Source: Paragordius varius
Lineage: Eukaryota > Animalia > Nematomorpha
Length of the DNA stretch: 64,000 bases
NCBI GenBank assembly: GCA_964247055.1
Contig: OZ176052.1
Coordinates: 3,968,001-4,032,000 of the forward strand
Reading direction: 5' to 3'
In this document: piece by piece, positions 50,301 to 62,512 of the stretch
Numbering within the stretch: position 1 is the first letter of the stretch
Layout of the letters: the number at the start of each line of letters is the position of its first letter
The notes under the pieces: generated by a model
Databases searched by the model: none
Told to the model about the DNA's origin: nothing
Seen by the model: only the letters and a program-made list of their open reading frames with translations
Translations under genes and position numbers: made by a program

Positions 50301-50974
50301 TTTGGCTATTTAAATCGTTTTAGATCCACATTTCCAAAAACGTTTTTTAATAACCGATCACGGTTTTTACAAAGTTTTTTTTAATTTTATTATGTACTGT
50401 ACTTTGTATACATAAATGGTTTTCTGAAAATTCGAATAAATAAATATAATTTATCTATTTGGCCCAAAATATTGAACCATAATTATACTAGTTACAAAGG
50501 AACAAAATCAAACAGAATTTCAGTAATCCCGTATTAAATGCTTACCCGATTTTTCTAATTCTACTTCTCTTAGCCCTTCTAACAGTTGTGGATTTTGAGG
50601 ATCGATTTCAAGTCCCTTTTTGTAAGCATTTTCAGCTTCATCCCATTTTTCGAGAAATGAAAGAGCTGCACCTTTCCGCGAGTACCCCTGAATTGTTTTA
50701 AAAAAGATAAATTGTATGAATATTAATAATACCTTGGGCCAATCCGGTTTTAACTGTATGGTTTTTTCAGAATCTTCTAAAGATTCCTCATAACGAGCAA
50801 GTTTCGCCAACGCAGCTGCGCGATTGCTATATAAGACGTGATTTGATGGATCAATTTTAATAGCTTTAGTATAATAATCATAGGCCTCTTCATAGTTTCC
50901 ATCATTCAATGCTTTATTGCCAAATTCTTTTAATTTATTTGACTCCTAAAAATATAAAAAAAATGTACCTGCAT
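44353..50974 (-). CDS. STIP1: Stress-induced phosphoprotein 1 (Hop/Sti1), TPR1-DP1-TPR2A-TPR2B-DP2
   Basis: Exons 5'->3': 50974-50969 (ATG CAG), 50945-50733, 50687-50546, 49938-49737, 49043-48880, 48579-48494, 48110-47984, 47702-47600, 47531-47411, 47296-47200, 46654-46493, 46025-45922, 45231-45056, 44425-44353. Peptides: [146 protein letters not shown]. Confidence 0.96.
44524..44697. repeat. 174-bp palindromic mini-element (TA|CAG...CTG|TA) in the last STIP1 intron
   Basis: acagtataatggttgctgatttcac..tagtagggcaattcgcaacacaggagtgtatggaaaa pairs with ttttccaacactactgttttgcgaattgccctacta..gtgaataagtaaccatta..atactgt; loop ~40 nt. Confidence 0.75.
48128..48362. mobile_element. CCATTT-family MITE in STIP1 intron
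   Basis: ta|ccatttacatttcaaactcaccctgaattcaaattcaccctaaaa ... ttttagggtgaattcaaattgtaaatgg|tg. Confidence 0.8.
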
Positions 50975-51056
50975 GCTTAATATCGAGAATTTTCAATGGA
51001 TGAACAAAATTATTACTGAATTAGAACTGCTAAGATTGCCTTATCAAACGAGATTT

Positions 51057-52766
51057 AACACTTGGATAATATCATTTTAGTCTTTCGATTCAAATTGGGG
51101 TAGTTAAAATACTAAGGCTGTTTAGAATTAAATTCTTTTAAAAATATAAAAGGAATCGAAATCATGGCAAATTTCTGCACTTATATAACATTAACACTTG
51201 GATACAACACATTCATTTTGGTCCTTCAATTCAAATTGGGGTAGTTAGATACCATAGGCCTGTTTTAAAAAATATGGAAGGAATTTAAACCATGGCAAAG
51301 TTTTGCACTTATATAACATTAACACTTCGATTCAAATTGGGGTATCTAAATACCCCAGACTAAATTTAAATTAAAATTTTTAATCTACTGAAGGAAACGG
51401 TTTTAATTAAAATTTATGCCTCTATCCTGATAAAAATTATATAAATTTGCCAAAATATCCTGATAGAATTTTGTTTTGAAAAAAAGTTCCATCTCAAACT
51501 ACTTCGACGCCATTTTTATTTTGCAAAAATTTTGCAAAATATCGTCTTAATTTAATTTTAAGGGTAAAACTAAAGCTTATTTTTTATATAAATTACATCT
51601 AACATGATAGAAATAGAAAAAGCGGTTTATTTTGTATTATTTTTTTATTTTAAAATTTGACACATTTCACGTTGACTAAATTTTTACTTTCCACTTTTAG
51701 CTCAAATAAATAATATCAAGAATTGAATAAAATTTCTTATATATTTCGGTTTATTAATGTTATATAAGTGCAAAATTTTGCCATGGTTTGGATTGCTTCC
51801 ATACTTTTTAAAGTATTTGATTTTAAACAGGCCTGGGGTATCCAACTACCCCAATTTGAATCGAAGGACTAAAATGAGTGTGTTGTATCCAAGTGTTAAA
51901 CTGAAGTTTATAAAAAAAATTATTTAAAAATACTTGATATTACTTATTTTAAGCTAAAACCGAAAGGTAAAAATTTAGTCAACGTGACATGTGTGCAATG
52001 GTAAATTTGAATATTAAGACAAAATAAACCGCTTTTTCTAAATCTATCATTGTTTGATGTAATTTAAATAAAAAATTAGCTTTAATTTTACCCTTAAAAT
52101 TAAATCAAGACGATATTTTGCAAAAATTTTGTAAAATAAAAATGGCGGCGAAGGAGTTTGACATGGAGCTTTTTTTTCAAAAAAAACTTTTATTTAGATA
52201 TTTTGCCATATTTATGTATTTTTTATTAGGATAGAAGCATAAATTTAAATTGGGACCGTTTCCTTCAGTAGTTTTTTAAAAACCCTAAAGCAAATTTAGT
52301 CTGGGGTATTTAGATACCCCAAGTTGAATCGAAGTGTTAATAAACAAAAATATAGAAAAAAAATTTATTCAAAAATACTTGATAATTTTAATTTAAGCTA
52401 AAACCGAAAGGTAAAAATTTAGTCAACGTGACACGTGTGCAATGGTAAAATTGAAAAATAGTACAATATACGCTTTTCTATTTCTATTGTTAGATGTAAT
52501 TTAAATAAAAAAAAATAGCTTTAATTTTATAAAATCAAAAGAAGGCGATATTTTGCAAAATATTTGTAAAATAAAAATGGCATCCAAGTAGTTTGACGTG
52601 GAACTTTTATTTCAAAAAAATTTTATTTAGATATTTTGGCATATTTATATTATTTTTATTAGGATTGATGCATAAATTTAATTGGGACCGTTTCCTTCAG
52701 TAGTTTTGTAAAAATCCTAAATCAAATTTATTCTGGTTTAGATACTACAATTTGAATCCAAGTGGT
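51057..52766. mobile_element. Nest of TTAA-flanked piggyBac-like MITEs between STIP1 and eIF3d
   Basis: Complete unit ttaa|51195-51895|ttaa with ~130-bp TIRs (cacttggatacaacac...ggggtagtt(a/g)gatacc). Further ttaa-cactt termini occur at ~51057 and 51319, and aagtg-ttaa at 52336. Two tandem ~430-bp body copies lie at 51900-52340 and 52340-52766. More decayed copies are at ~53150-53900. Confidence 0.8.
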
Positions 52767-54062
52767 AATATGCCCAAAATATTTTGATTTTGGAAGCAAC
52801 TAAATTATATTTAAAATTTTAAGAGATTTTATATATTAAATATATTTTAATCATCGTTTTTATATTAAGTATTGCTTCCAAACGTGAGTCTTTTGGTAGT
52901 TTTGACTTTGGTGTACTTTTATGGTATTTAATAGTGAAATATAAATTTAGTGAACTTATTTTAGAACATTTCCTAAATAAAACTTATTTAAGCACAAAAA
53001 GTTTTTTTTTGTGGACCAACAAACAGTTAATACTTTCAAGGACAGTGCAAGGATTTTATCTCATGCTCTATCATAACGTTAAAAAATTTTACCAACAATG
53101 ATAATTATATTGTATGCTGAATTTATCATATTTTGGGCAGTTTTTACTTTGGAAACAGGCCTGTATTAAATCAAATACAAAATATGGAATAAATTGACCC
53201 ATTGCAAAAGTTGTAATTTCATGCTAGGTCATTATGTTAAAAAATTTTTACAAACAAAGTAAATCTATTGTAGGGTGAATTAAAGTCTATGTTTCCTCAA
53301 AACTATGGTTTCACTTCTTCATATTTTGGGTAGTTTTTACCCTATAAATCCCGGTCAGTAATAATATTACAAAATATGGAATAATTGAGCCATTGTAAAA
53401 GATTTCACTTATCACTTGAATACAATGTATTCATTTGAGTCTTTCAATTCTATTTGGGATAGTTGGATACCACAGACCTGTTCATTTTTCAAAAAATATG
53501 ATTTGAAACGATGGCAAAAGGTTGTACTTATATAACATTATTTATACCTAAAATTTAAAAATTATTTCATAAATGTTACTACTTATTTTTAAAAACACAA
53601 TATTAAAAATTTAACCTACATGTGTGCATAAATATAAAATAAACCAAAATATACCATGTCTTTGTATTAATGTTACGTGCTATTTTAATAAACAAGTTAA
53701 TATGATTTTAGCCTCAAAATCAAATAAACACGATGTTTTGCCAAAATGTTAAAAAATGGCGTCGGGTAGTTTAATACGGATTAAACCAATATTCCCTAAT
53801 AATGTAATTTTTATTAGTTTCGAAGCTTAATTTAAATTAGAACCCTTTCTTTCCGTAGTTTTTTTTAAACAAATTGAATATAGTCTGTGTTCTTTAGATA
53901 TTATTATTTTAAAGTGAATATTCCTGGAAAATAGGTTTTAAAACGGTTTGTTTTTAACATATAAAATATTATATATCGTTAATTTCTAGATAACTCTAAA
54001 TTTACCAGTTGTGTTTTTTTATTTTTTAACATCACATTTTTAGGTTCAAAATATTTGCACAC

Positions 54063-57000
54063 ATGTCTTTTAAAATTGCGTTTCCCAAAGTTACAGATAA
54101 TCCTGATGGATGGGGCCCCTTACTCACCACCGACGGAGATGAAGAAATTATGAAAGGAATGCCTTATCAACCGTTTTCAAAAGCGGATAGGATTGGAAAA
54201 GTTTTATGGCTTTTTTAAAGCTTAGGTTGCTGATTGGATGGGACTTCTTTATCAAGATAAAAAATATACAAGTAATTCTATTGTTTTAACCAACATATAT
54301 AATAATTTAGATAAGTATAGTTCACAATATGGTACCGGTACTCAATACGCTTATTTTCATGAAGAGGAGGAGAGTGGATTCCATTTAGTCAATACGGCTA
54401 AGATACCTAAACCTGCATATCAGCGTACAGCTGCAAAGTATCGTCAAAACCAGGTAGATATTTTATACAATTTTTATTAATTTTATATGAATAAATTTTG
54501 TTTTTAGCAACGAAATTACGCTAGATATGGAAAAAATAATCAGAATAGAAACGCTAGGTAAGTTATATTTTTGGTAATTTTTTATTTAATTAACATTAAT
54601 AAAAAATTTTTAGACAAGGCGGAAGACCCGGAATGAATACAGGAAATATGAATGCCAATAAAGGTATTTACAGTATAAACTGAGAGTATTCACCTTAACT
54701 AAGATTTTTACCGATAAATCTTTATATTCCATGTATCTAAATTTATTATTAAAAATATTTATAAATTAAATCCTATCAACTAATAACACATTGTAAATTA
54801 ATATTTCTTTCAACAATATCTCACGATGTAAAAATATATGAATATTATTTTTATAAGGTATGAATATGAGAAGCGGCGGACCAGGTGGGCAAATGATGGG
54901 AGGCGGTTCTCAGGGGGGCGCTTTTGGCTCTGGGCCCGGTGGCGCAAACCGTCACCATCATCATTATGCACAACAGAGGTTTACTTTAATTTCAAGATAT
55001 TATTTTCAAAATATCCATACATATTTTTAATCTTAAAAAATTACAGCAACGATTATCCGAGCCGCATTTAATTTAAATCTGTACATACATAATTATTTTA
55101 TTAAATTTTAAATCTAAAACTCTAAAATGAAAACAAAATATAACAATTTTTTCTAGTTTGTTGATTTAAGTGACAATTTTGAAATTTTTTGAGCATATAT
55201 TTGCAAATTATGGATTTACAAAATTTTCGCCGGCCTAACGAAGCCGACGCTCATATGTTGACACCCTTGGCTGAGAAAAACTGTTTCCTATAAGTTTTCA
55301 AAGAATTTTCGCCCTAAAACAGTCCTATGACAAATTCAGTTTTAAGAGGAATTTAAAATAATCTTAATTTGGGTTCCATCGTTGTTTTTTGCCGTAAGAA
55401 TTTTTATTTTTTGTAATTTTGAGATATCATGATTTTTCGATATAATGGTAATACAAAAATAAAAAACTAGAATAATTGATTGTATGGTGCCTTTTTTTCT
55501 TCAAAATTAATATATATTTTAGCTACTTGATAGAAAGATAATGAATAAATAAGATTTATATTGTTTAAAACGGTAATCAAAAAACGCTCTGGTCCCAATT
55601 AATATATTTGAAAAATTTTATTGAAAATGTGGATTTCATTCATTATCAAAAAAATACACTTTATTAATTTGATAAATCTTATTAGAATAATATGAATTAA
55701 TGATTATTATCTGTTTATTTTATTTAAATTGTATAAAATCAATGTCTCCCCGAATAAAAATCCAATTATATTTTCGAAAATTATATGTATCGTAGTAGTT
55801 CGGGGATAAAAAACGTGTCTAGAGTTTACAAAATGAATTGTTGAAACTTAATATACACAAGACAAAATTCGCATTTTGGTTGTAACTCTTCATAATTTTT
55901 TACCAACAATGCTAGATTCTTTCGTTTTGCTACGAAAAGTGCCGTGCCAGTACGCATTCACCGAGAATCGAGTGTCCGTATTCGACCTGAATGGAAAGTT
56001 CTGGAAGAAATGGATTTTGCCGATTTGAATAAAATGTCTCTTCCTAACATGGATAAACCGACCGATTTGTAAAACTTTAATTTGTCTATTATTTTCTTTT
56101 TTTGGTGATTATGTATAATATTTAAATTTGTAACGGAAGAATATTTGATGTTTTGAATTATTTACCTTTGGTATTGTTTATGGATTTAGATGTTTATAGG
56201 GGGTTTTAATTAAAAAATATTGAGAACGCCTTTTTTGCCCTCTTTTTATTTTCTAATATTAACTAAAATTGTGATTTTTATAATTACCCTTTAAAATAAA
56301 AATGTTTATATGGACCATTTAGAAAATCATGTGGGACCCTTGAATTTTATGATAAATCCTATGATCGATGCAGTACACGTAATGCCCGGCCTTTGTTACG
56401 CATTAATAGAATTTATCCGCAAGTCACCACCACTGATGATCCTATCATTAGAGAGGTGTATATATATATTAAATTTTATTTATCCAGTTTTGTTAAAAAA
56501 TGAGTTATAGCCATGACTGAATTTGTTTTAAAATATATCCACTGTTTGATAACCATTTAAAATATTTTCTTAAAAATGATTTCTAAAATATCGCCGTTAA
56601 ATTGTAAATATAAAATCTTTATTTTATATCTAACGCCATATATTGCTTGTTTCTTCCGACTAAAAAACTATTTTATGGCTATTTTTACATTATAACACTA
56701 GACAACAAATTTTTCTGCCATTCGAGTTTTTTGCATTTTTTGATATTTAATATCATTTTAACAGTATTTCTGAAATAAAAATTATAACTCGTTGGAAGAA
56801 TTTTGTATAATTTGATTTTTTAGATTATGCGCCCTCTTTATCAAAATTTTACTAAAAAATGTTTTTCTTTGAAAATATACAAGTAATGCCCATTTGTAAT
56901 ATATCATTCGAAAGAGTATTAAAAACTCTATAAAAAGTATACTAATATGTATTACATCGACAGTTAATATTGGACACAAAGAGCGACAAACGCGATAAGC

Positions 57001-60000
57001 GAGAGCATTTTTTTTAATTATTATATTTTTAAAACTAATGGATGAAAGTAGCTCAAACTTTGTTTAGATGGAGATGAATGTCCAAAAAAGATAACACAAG
57101 AAAGTTTTTTTTGATTAAAACATTTTTTATTGCTTTTATGTCACTCAAAACAGCCATTTTTAAGTTTTTTGTTTTTTAAAAATTACCATCTCATCAATAT
57201 TAATTTATTTTCTTTATAAGACTCATAATTTCGAAATTTTAAAGATAAAAACAAAGTTTAAGGTATTTTTGATCTTTTATAGCCATTATGTAATAAATTT
57301 ACAGTTATAACTATGCATTTTAGTATCCACTAGGTAAAATATTTATGATAATAATAATTTTTATTAAAAAATCAAACCAAAAGCTTTTCCAGAAATTTTT
57401 TTAAATTAAATACTAATATAACCCTAATAATTATATTAAAATAATTTATATGATTTTCAAATTAGTTTGTCTGTGAAAATTCTTGAATTATTAAAGGATT
57501 GAAAATTTTGACCATTTAAATCCAAATAACTTTTACATCCGATGGATTTAAATGACTTACTACCATTTAAAAGATGAATTTTTTTTAGATCTTTCGAATG
57601 ATATAAAATACATGGCTTCATATCTAAAACTTTAAATTTTTGAAATTTCGAGTTTAATGTTAAATCGGGGCCAAAAATTATCGATAAACTCTAATATAAA
57701 ATAATTCTTCCATGTAAGACTAATTTTCTTTTCAGGTATACTAATTCTGTACTTTAATGAAATAAATTTTAAATTTACAAGAATGGCAGTTAAAAAAAGT
57801 TAAAATTTGTTGTCTAGTGTAATTAACCAAAAACAATATTATTATAAAATAATGAAGGTTCATACCTATATATTTTCGTAAAATCAATTGAGGAGTAGTG
57901 TTTAATTTACAAAAAAATGTTGTAATAACCTTTCATTAAATTAATTAGATCTAAAAAATTTTATATTAGATTTCCCGGAGTGAAGGTAATGTGTTTTTTA
58001 CCGACACCATTTTGGCAACACTAATGTGTGCCACTAAAAGCGTTTATAGTTGGGACATTATAGCTGAAAAGATTATGGGAAAAATATTTTTTGATAAACG
58101 GGATACCCCTGAAGTCGGTAAGATAAATAATTTTTTTTACTTTTTAGAAAAAAATCATAATTTGCATATTTAATTAATATAATATAGATTAAAGTTTTAT
58201 ATATTAAAACTTTGGCGGATAAAAATATAAGAAAAATATTATTTTATTTCTGCTTAAATCAAAAATTATTTTTGTATGTATAAGTTAAAGTACATTATTT
58301 AGGTTTTTATATTTATAAAACTATTTAAAATTTTTGAATAATTATTTTAATAAAACTACATTTTTAGATTTATTATCTGTGAGTGAGACTTCGGTCGATC
58401 CACCCAACGATGACCCCGAAAGCATGAATAGTGTTAAAAATTTGGCTATGGAAGCCACTTATATCAACCATAACTTTTCTCAGCAAGTTTTGAAGGTTTT
58501 TTTCATTAATTTTATCACATTTGACTTTCAAAACTTTAAAAACTTTCACAAAAAAACAAAATTGAAACTTCTCAATATTTCATAAAACTATTAATTTAAA
58601 TTACTTTGCCAATAGCCTAATGATGAGAAATATCGGGCTGACTTACCAAACCCATTTGAATCAACAAATGAAGAGGGTGAAATTGCACCAAAAATATACC
58701 GGTATCTTAGCATTTTTTGAGCATATTTAGTTTATTTAATTTATAAAGTTATTCCAATGGAATCGTAATTTATAGTGTAAATGATTCTGAAAAAAACAAT
58801 TTTTTTTAATTTTTAAAAAGATACGTATTTTTTGCATTATTTAGAAGCATTCAATAATTTTTTTGGTTCTTTTTATCTTTTCGGATATGAATTTACATCT
58901 TTCAAAAAATTAAAATGTCTCTTTGATAAATAAAGTCAAGATTAATAATTCATATTATCACTGAAAATAGACATTTTAACCATAACCACGGTTTCAGTTC
59001 CAATCTTTGTTTGAATACAAAATGAAAAACATGATTAATTTTTTTAAAAAAACACATTTAATAATTATTTTATAAAAATATTAAATTTTCATTTACTTTT
59101 AGTTACCGTAAATGGGATTTGGGGAATAATGTATCCCTGATTGCTCGCACAGAAATCGATGCTGTTCAGTTGGCCGCTGAGAATGCCGATATGCAATTCC
59201 TAAACATTAAATGTTTGAATGAATGGGATAGTCGCGTATATTTTATTTTTTGTTGTTTATCTCTTTTGCTAAATTAACGTTATTAATTTGCTAAACTTTT
59301 ACATATATCCATTAATACGAATGTGTTTATTTCCTATAGTTATAAAATTTTAATTTAAACAATGATTCACCATTTGTGGAATCGAAAAACTATTATGATT
59401 TTATAATTATTTTGCTATCGATGAATATATAATGTAATTATATTTGGGAATTTAGTTTAGCTATTATTAATATTTTAATATAATTTTATTTTGAATAATT
59501 TTTTTTATATAATTAGTATTCGAGTGGGATAGATTGGAGAAGTAAATTAGATACGCAGAAAACATCAATCCTTGCCAATGAATTGAAAAATAATAGTTGT
59601 AAACTTGCGAAATGGACAGCATCTTCTATCCTTTCAGGAGCCGATTTCTTTAAACTTGGGTATAAAGATAATTTCATTACATTTATTAATACTATTTTGG
59701 TTTGTTGATTTTAAACATTTGAAAATCGATTACATGAGAGTTTCAGAAATTAATTATATAAGAAATATTTTTTTATTGTTAAAAAAATGTATGTATGATA
59801 TTTAGATTCGTGTCTCGAGTTATGCCCTCTGATTCAACTAAACACGTAGTTTTGAGCGTACAACAATTCCGACCCCCGGATTTGGCTCAAAACATAAATT
59901 TGAATTTGGTTAATTGTTGGGGCATTGTGCGTTATATTATTGATCGGATAAGTATGTTACCTGATGGCAAATTTGTCATTATGAAGGATCCAAACAAGGT

Positions 60001-61888
60001 TTGATTTTATGTAAAAATCTGGTTTACAATTATTTTTATATTTACTCATAAACTTTTATAAAACTTTCCAAATAATATCCTAAGATAATGGTTTAACTAA
60101 TGTTTAATATATTTTATTTAATATGACATTTATTCTTAATTCATATAACATTTTCATCTCAAATTATACTTATGCTCATAACTACCTATCTGTTTTAAGC
60201 GCTTATCTACTTGAATAATTGAAAAACAATTTTTTCTTCCTCCGAACTGCCTACTTTATGGCATTGAGGTATCTAAACTAAAAAATAATTTCCATAAACT
60301 TTCGCTTTTATATTTTTTATTATCATTTTTTTAATTCACGGCCATCTGTTTAAATGGGATTTTTTAGTTTATTTAACGTTTTTGTTTCGCGCATTATGTA
60401 CCGGGTTAGTCATATGTTTTTACCGGTTTTTTAGTCAAATATAATTTAAAAAATTTACTTGTTTTATGCCTCTGCACACTTGTGCATTTTCGGTAATATA
60501 TAAATGCCATGCCATAAAATCTTCTTGTCTTTTGCGGGGAGCCATTTGACATTTTCATTATGATTAAAGCGCTTCTTGATGCTCGAAGAGGTAAGAGTCA
60601 GATGGCCAGGTCAGTGGAGTACCGCGGATGCGGAACAAGTGCATTTTAAAGCGATTTTTAGTCTCTTTCACTGATTTTTCAAAAGTTCGTGACACCGCTC
60701 ACGCAAGGTTTTTTGCCTAGGCGATTTGATCTTGTTGTTGATTACCGGGTTGGCAAGATGGGCGCCACGATTTTTCCCGCTTTGGAATTATAAAATAAAG
60801 CCACTTCTCATCACCCGTCACAATTCAATGCAAAAATGATTTCCTTTTGTAGCGGCAGAATTTAATAGTTCACTTTGCGATTTTCGATTTGACGTTCATT
60901 CAAATTGTGTGGGACCCATTTACCGAGTTTATTGGTTCACATTACTCTTAGACGTCTTAATTGTTATTTGTAATATATGTAATTTTGCCAAAAGTTTGAT
61001 TTGTCCATAATAACTCTTACGCTTGATCGTCTGAGTGGTGTGGTCTATCAGAGCTCCATGTCTTTCTTATAGAAGTCACAACTTTGAATTTTTTGGACCA
61101 TATTTCATATGATTTAATCGATAACGCATGGTTATCGTATGTTTCCAAATAACGTTGACTTTCAACTCCTTTTTTTACTTATTAAATAAGAAAAGCAATG
61201 CGGCCGTAAATGTTATTTTTCAGGCACAAAATCCGCAAGATTAATAAATGATAAAATTAAGACGTTATCTTTTTTCAGACTCAGATTATAGATGTTTGTA
61301 GTTAAATGTCAGATAATTGAGGTGTGTATCAAAATCGTCTGCGTACTTTTAAACCAGTAATGACTTTAGAATAGACCTGGTAATATTCCAAAAATAATTT
61401 TACTCCACCTTTATACCGTATCATAATTTATAATTTTATAGCAATGTCTTAGGCTTTACAGTGTACCTCTCGATGCATTTTCTTCATCCTCGTCATCAGA
61501 GGAGTCATCAGATTCTGAAAACGAAGAAAATCAACACAATATGAACGATGGTAACCTGCTAGAAAATGATAATGATAACAAATTTTTTGAGCGTCCCACT
61601 TCAAAATTATCTAATAAGGAAAATTATAACTCTACTATACCAACCATTAATGATTCAAGCCATGTTGTTGCTGTAAATGGAAATCTTGAGGACGTCGTGG
61701 GTTTAGAAAAGGGTTAGTAGTTACACAGTTAAATTTGAATTTATGATTTTTATTATTTAAAATACTGTAAAGAATGAATTAATTATCGTTAAATTTTGTT
61801 TAAATAATATTTAGATTTAACTTTATATTAGAAATAATTTTATTTTTTTATTTAGGCCTGGAAAATACCAACATTGATGGACAATGAT
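54063..61888 (+). CDS. EIF3D: Eukaryotic translation initiation factor 3 subunit D
   Basis: Exons 54063-54200, 54226-54271, 54311-54453, 54508-54557, 54614-54663, 54858-54978, 55916-56068, 56323-56455, 57970-58117, 58368-58495, 58616-58701, 59103-59235, 59517-59659, 59806-59998, 61442-61712, 61857-61888. Without the last splice the ORF stops at 61717. Peptides: [132 protein letters not shown] 5'-UTR acceptor is likely at 54043. Confidence 0.96.
60401..61380 (-). mobile_element. Degraded Mos1-like mariner with both TIRs and TA TSDs, in eIF3d intron
   Basis: ta|ccgggttag...ttaccggtttt at the left end and aaaccagtaatgactttagaatagacctgg|ta at the right. Minus-strand remnants: [10 protein letters not shown] (~60900-60930), [11 protein letters not shown] (~60790-60825), HPRYSTDLA (~60605-60630). 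Internal deletions. Confidence 0.85.
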
Positions 61889-62199
61889 GAAAATTACCTA
61901 AACAAATTCTATTTATTTTATATACGTATTTTACATATGTTAATTTCGCTTATTTTTTGTATCTTTGTTTGAAAAAAATTAATTTTTTTATTTGTCAATT
62001 TTATTAATAAATAATTTCTCTCTCTCTCTCTCTAATTAATATCATACGTTTTTAAAATTTCCAAACAAAAAGGTTGTTTGAATGTAACTTAATTAAAGAT
62101 ATACCAACATCATAAATTATTTAAATTCAATAATCACAAATGATAGCTGAGAAACAAGTTTTAAAAAAAAGTAAGTTAAAGAGGTTTAACGGTTTACAG

Positions 62200-62512
62200 C
62201 AAAAATATTTTAATGAAAGCAATACCATGTTATGGCATATTTTAGGGGGAAAATATGCGAATTTTAGAGCCTGCGTATAAAAATTAAATGTATTATAATT
62301 ATGGTTTAGCTTTTGTTTAAATTATATTGTTATAAAGCATTTAGCTTTCACCAAAAAACTAGCGATTACCACAAATTTAAATATATTTCTTAAATTACTT
62401 GTAAGGCCTAAAAGCACTATTAGAATCCTGATACATTTATTTATCAGGATATATATGTTTCATTAGAATATTTTATATCCCCCGATTTTGTGCTCAAAAT
62501 TTGACCACACTG
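62200..62512. mobile_element. Single arm of the 6548-7721 foldback family
   Basis: ttagctttcaccaaaaaa, gtaaggcc..aatcctgataca and tatcccccgattttg match 7505-7700. The arm ends in cacactg (reverse complement CAGTGTG). Confidence 0.6.

Noticed and set aside
50985-51005. Possible heat-shock element near the STIP1 start (gagaattttcaa)
   Set aside because: Only two nGAAn units, expected by chance in AT-rich DNA; the TSS is unknown.
54838-56510. Plus-strand ORFs 54838-55071 and 56310-56510 as possible overlapping genes
   Set aside because: They are out-of-frame readings of eIF3d exons 6 and 8; splice phases select the conserved frame.
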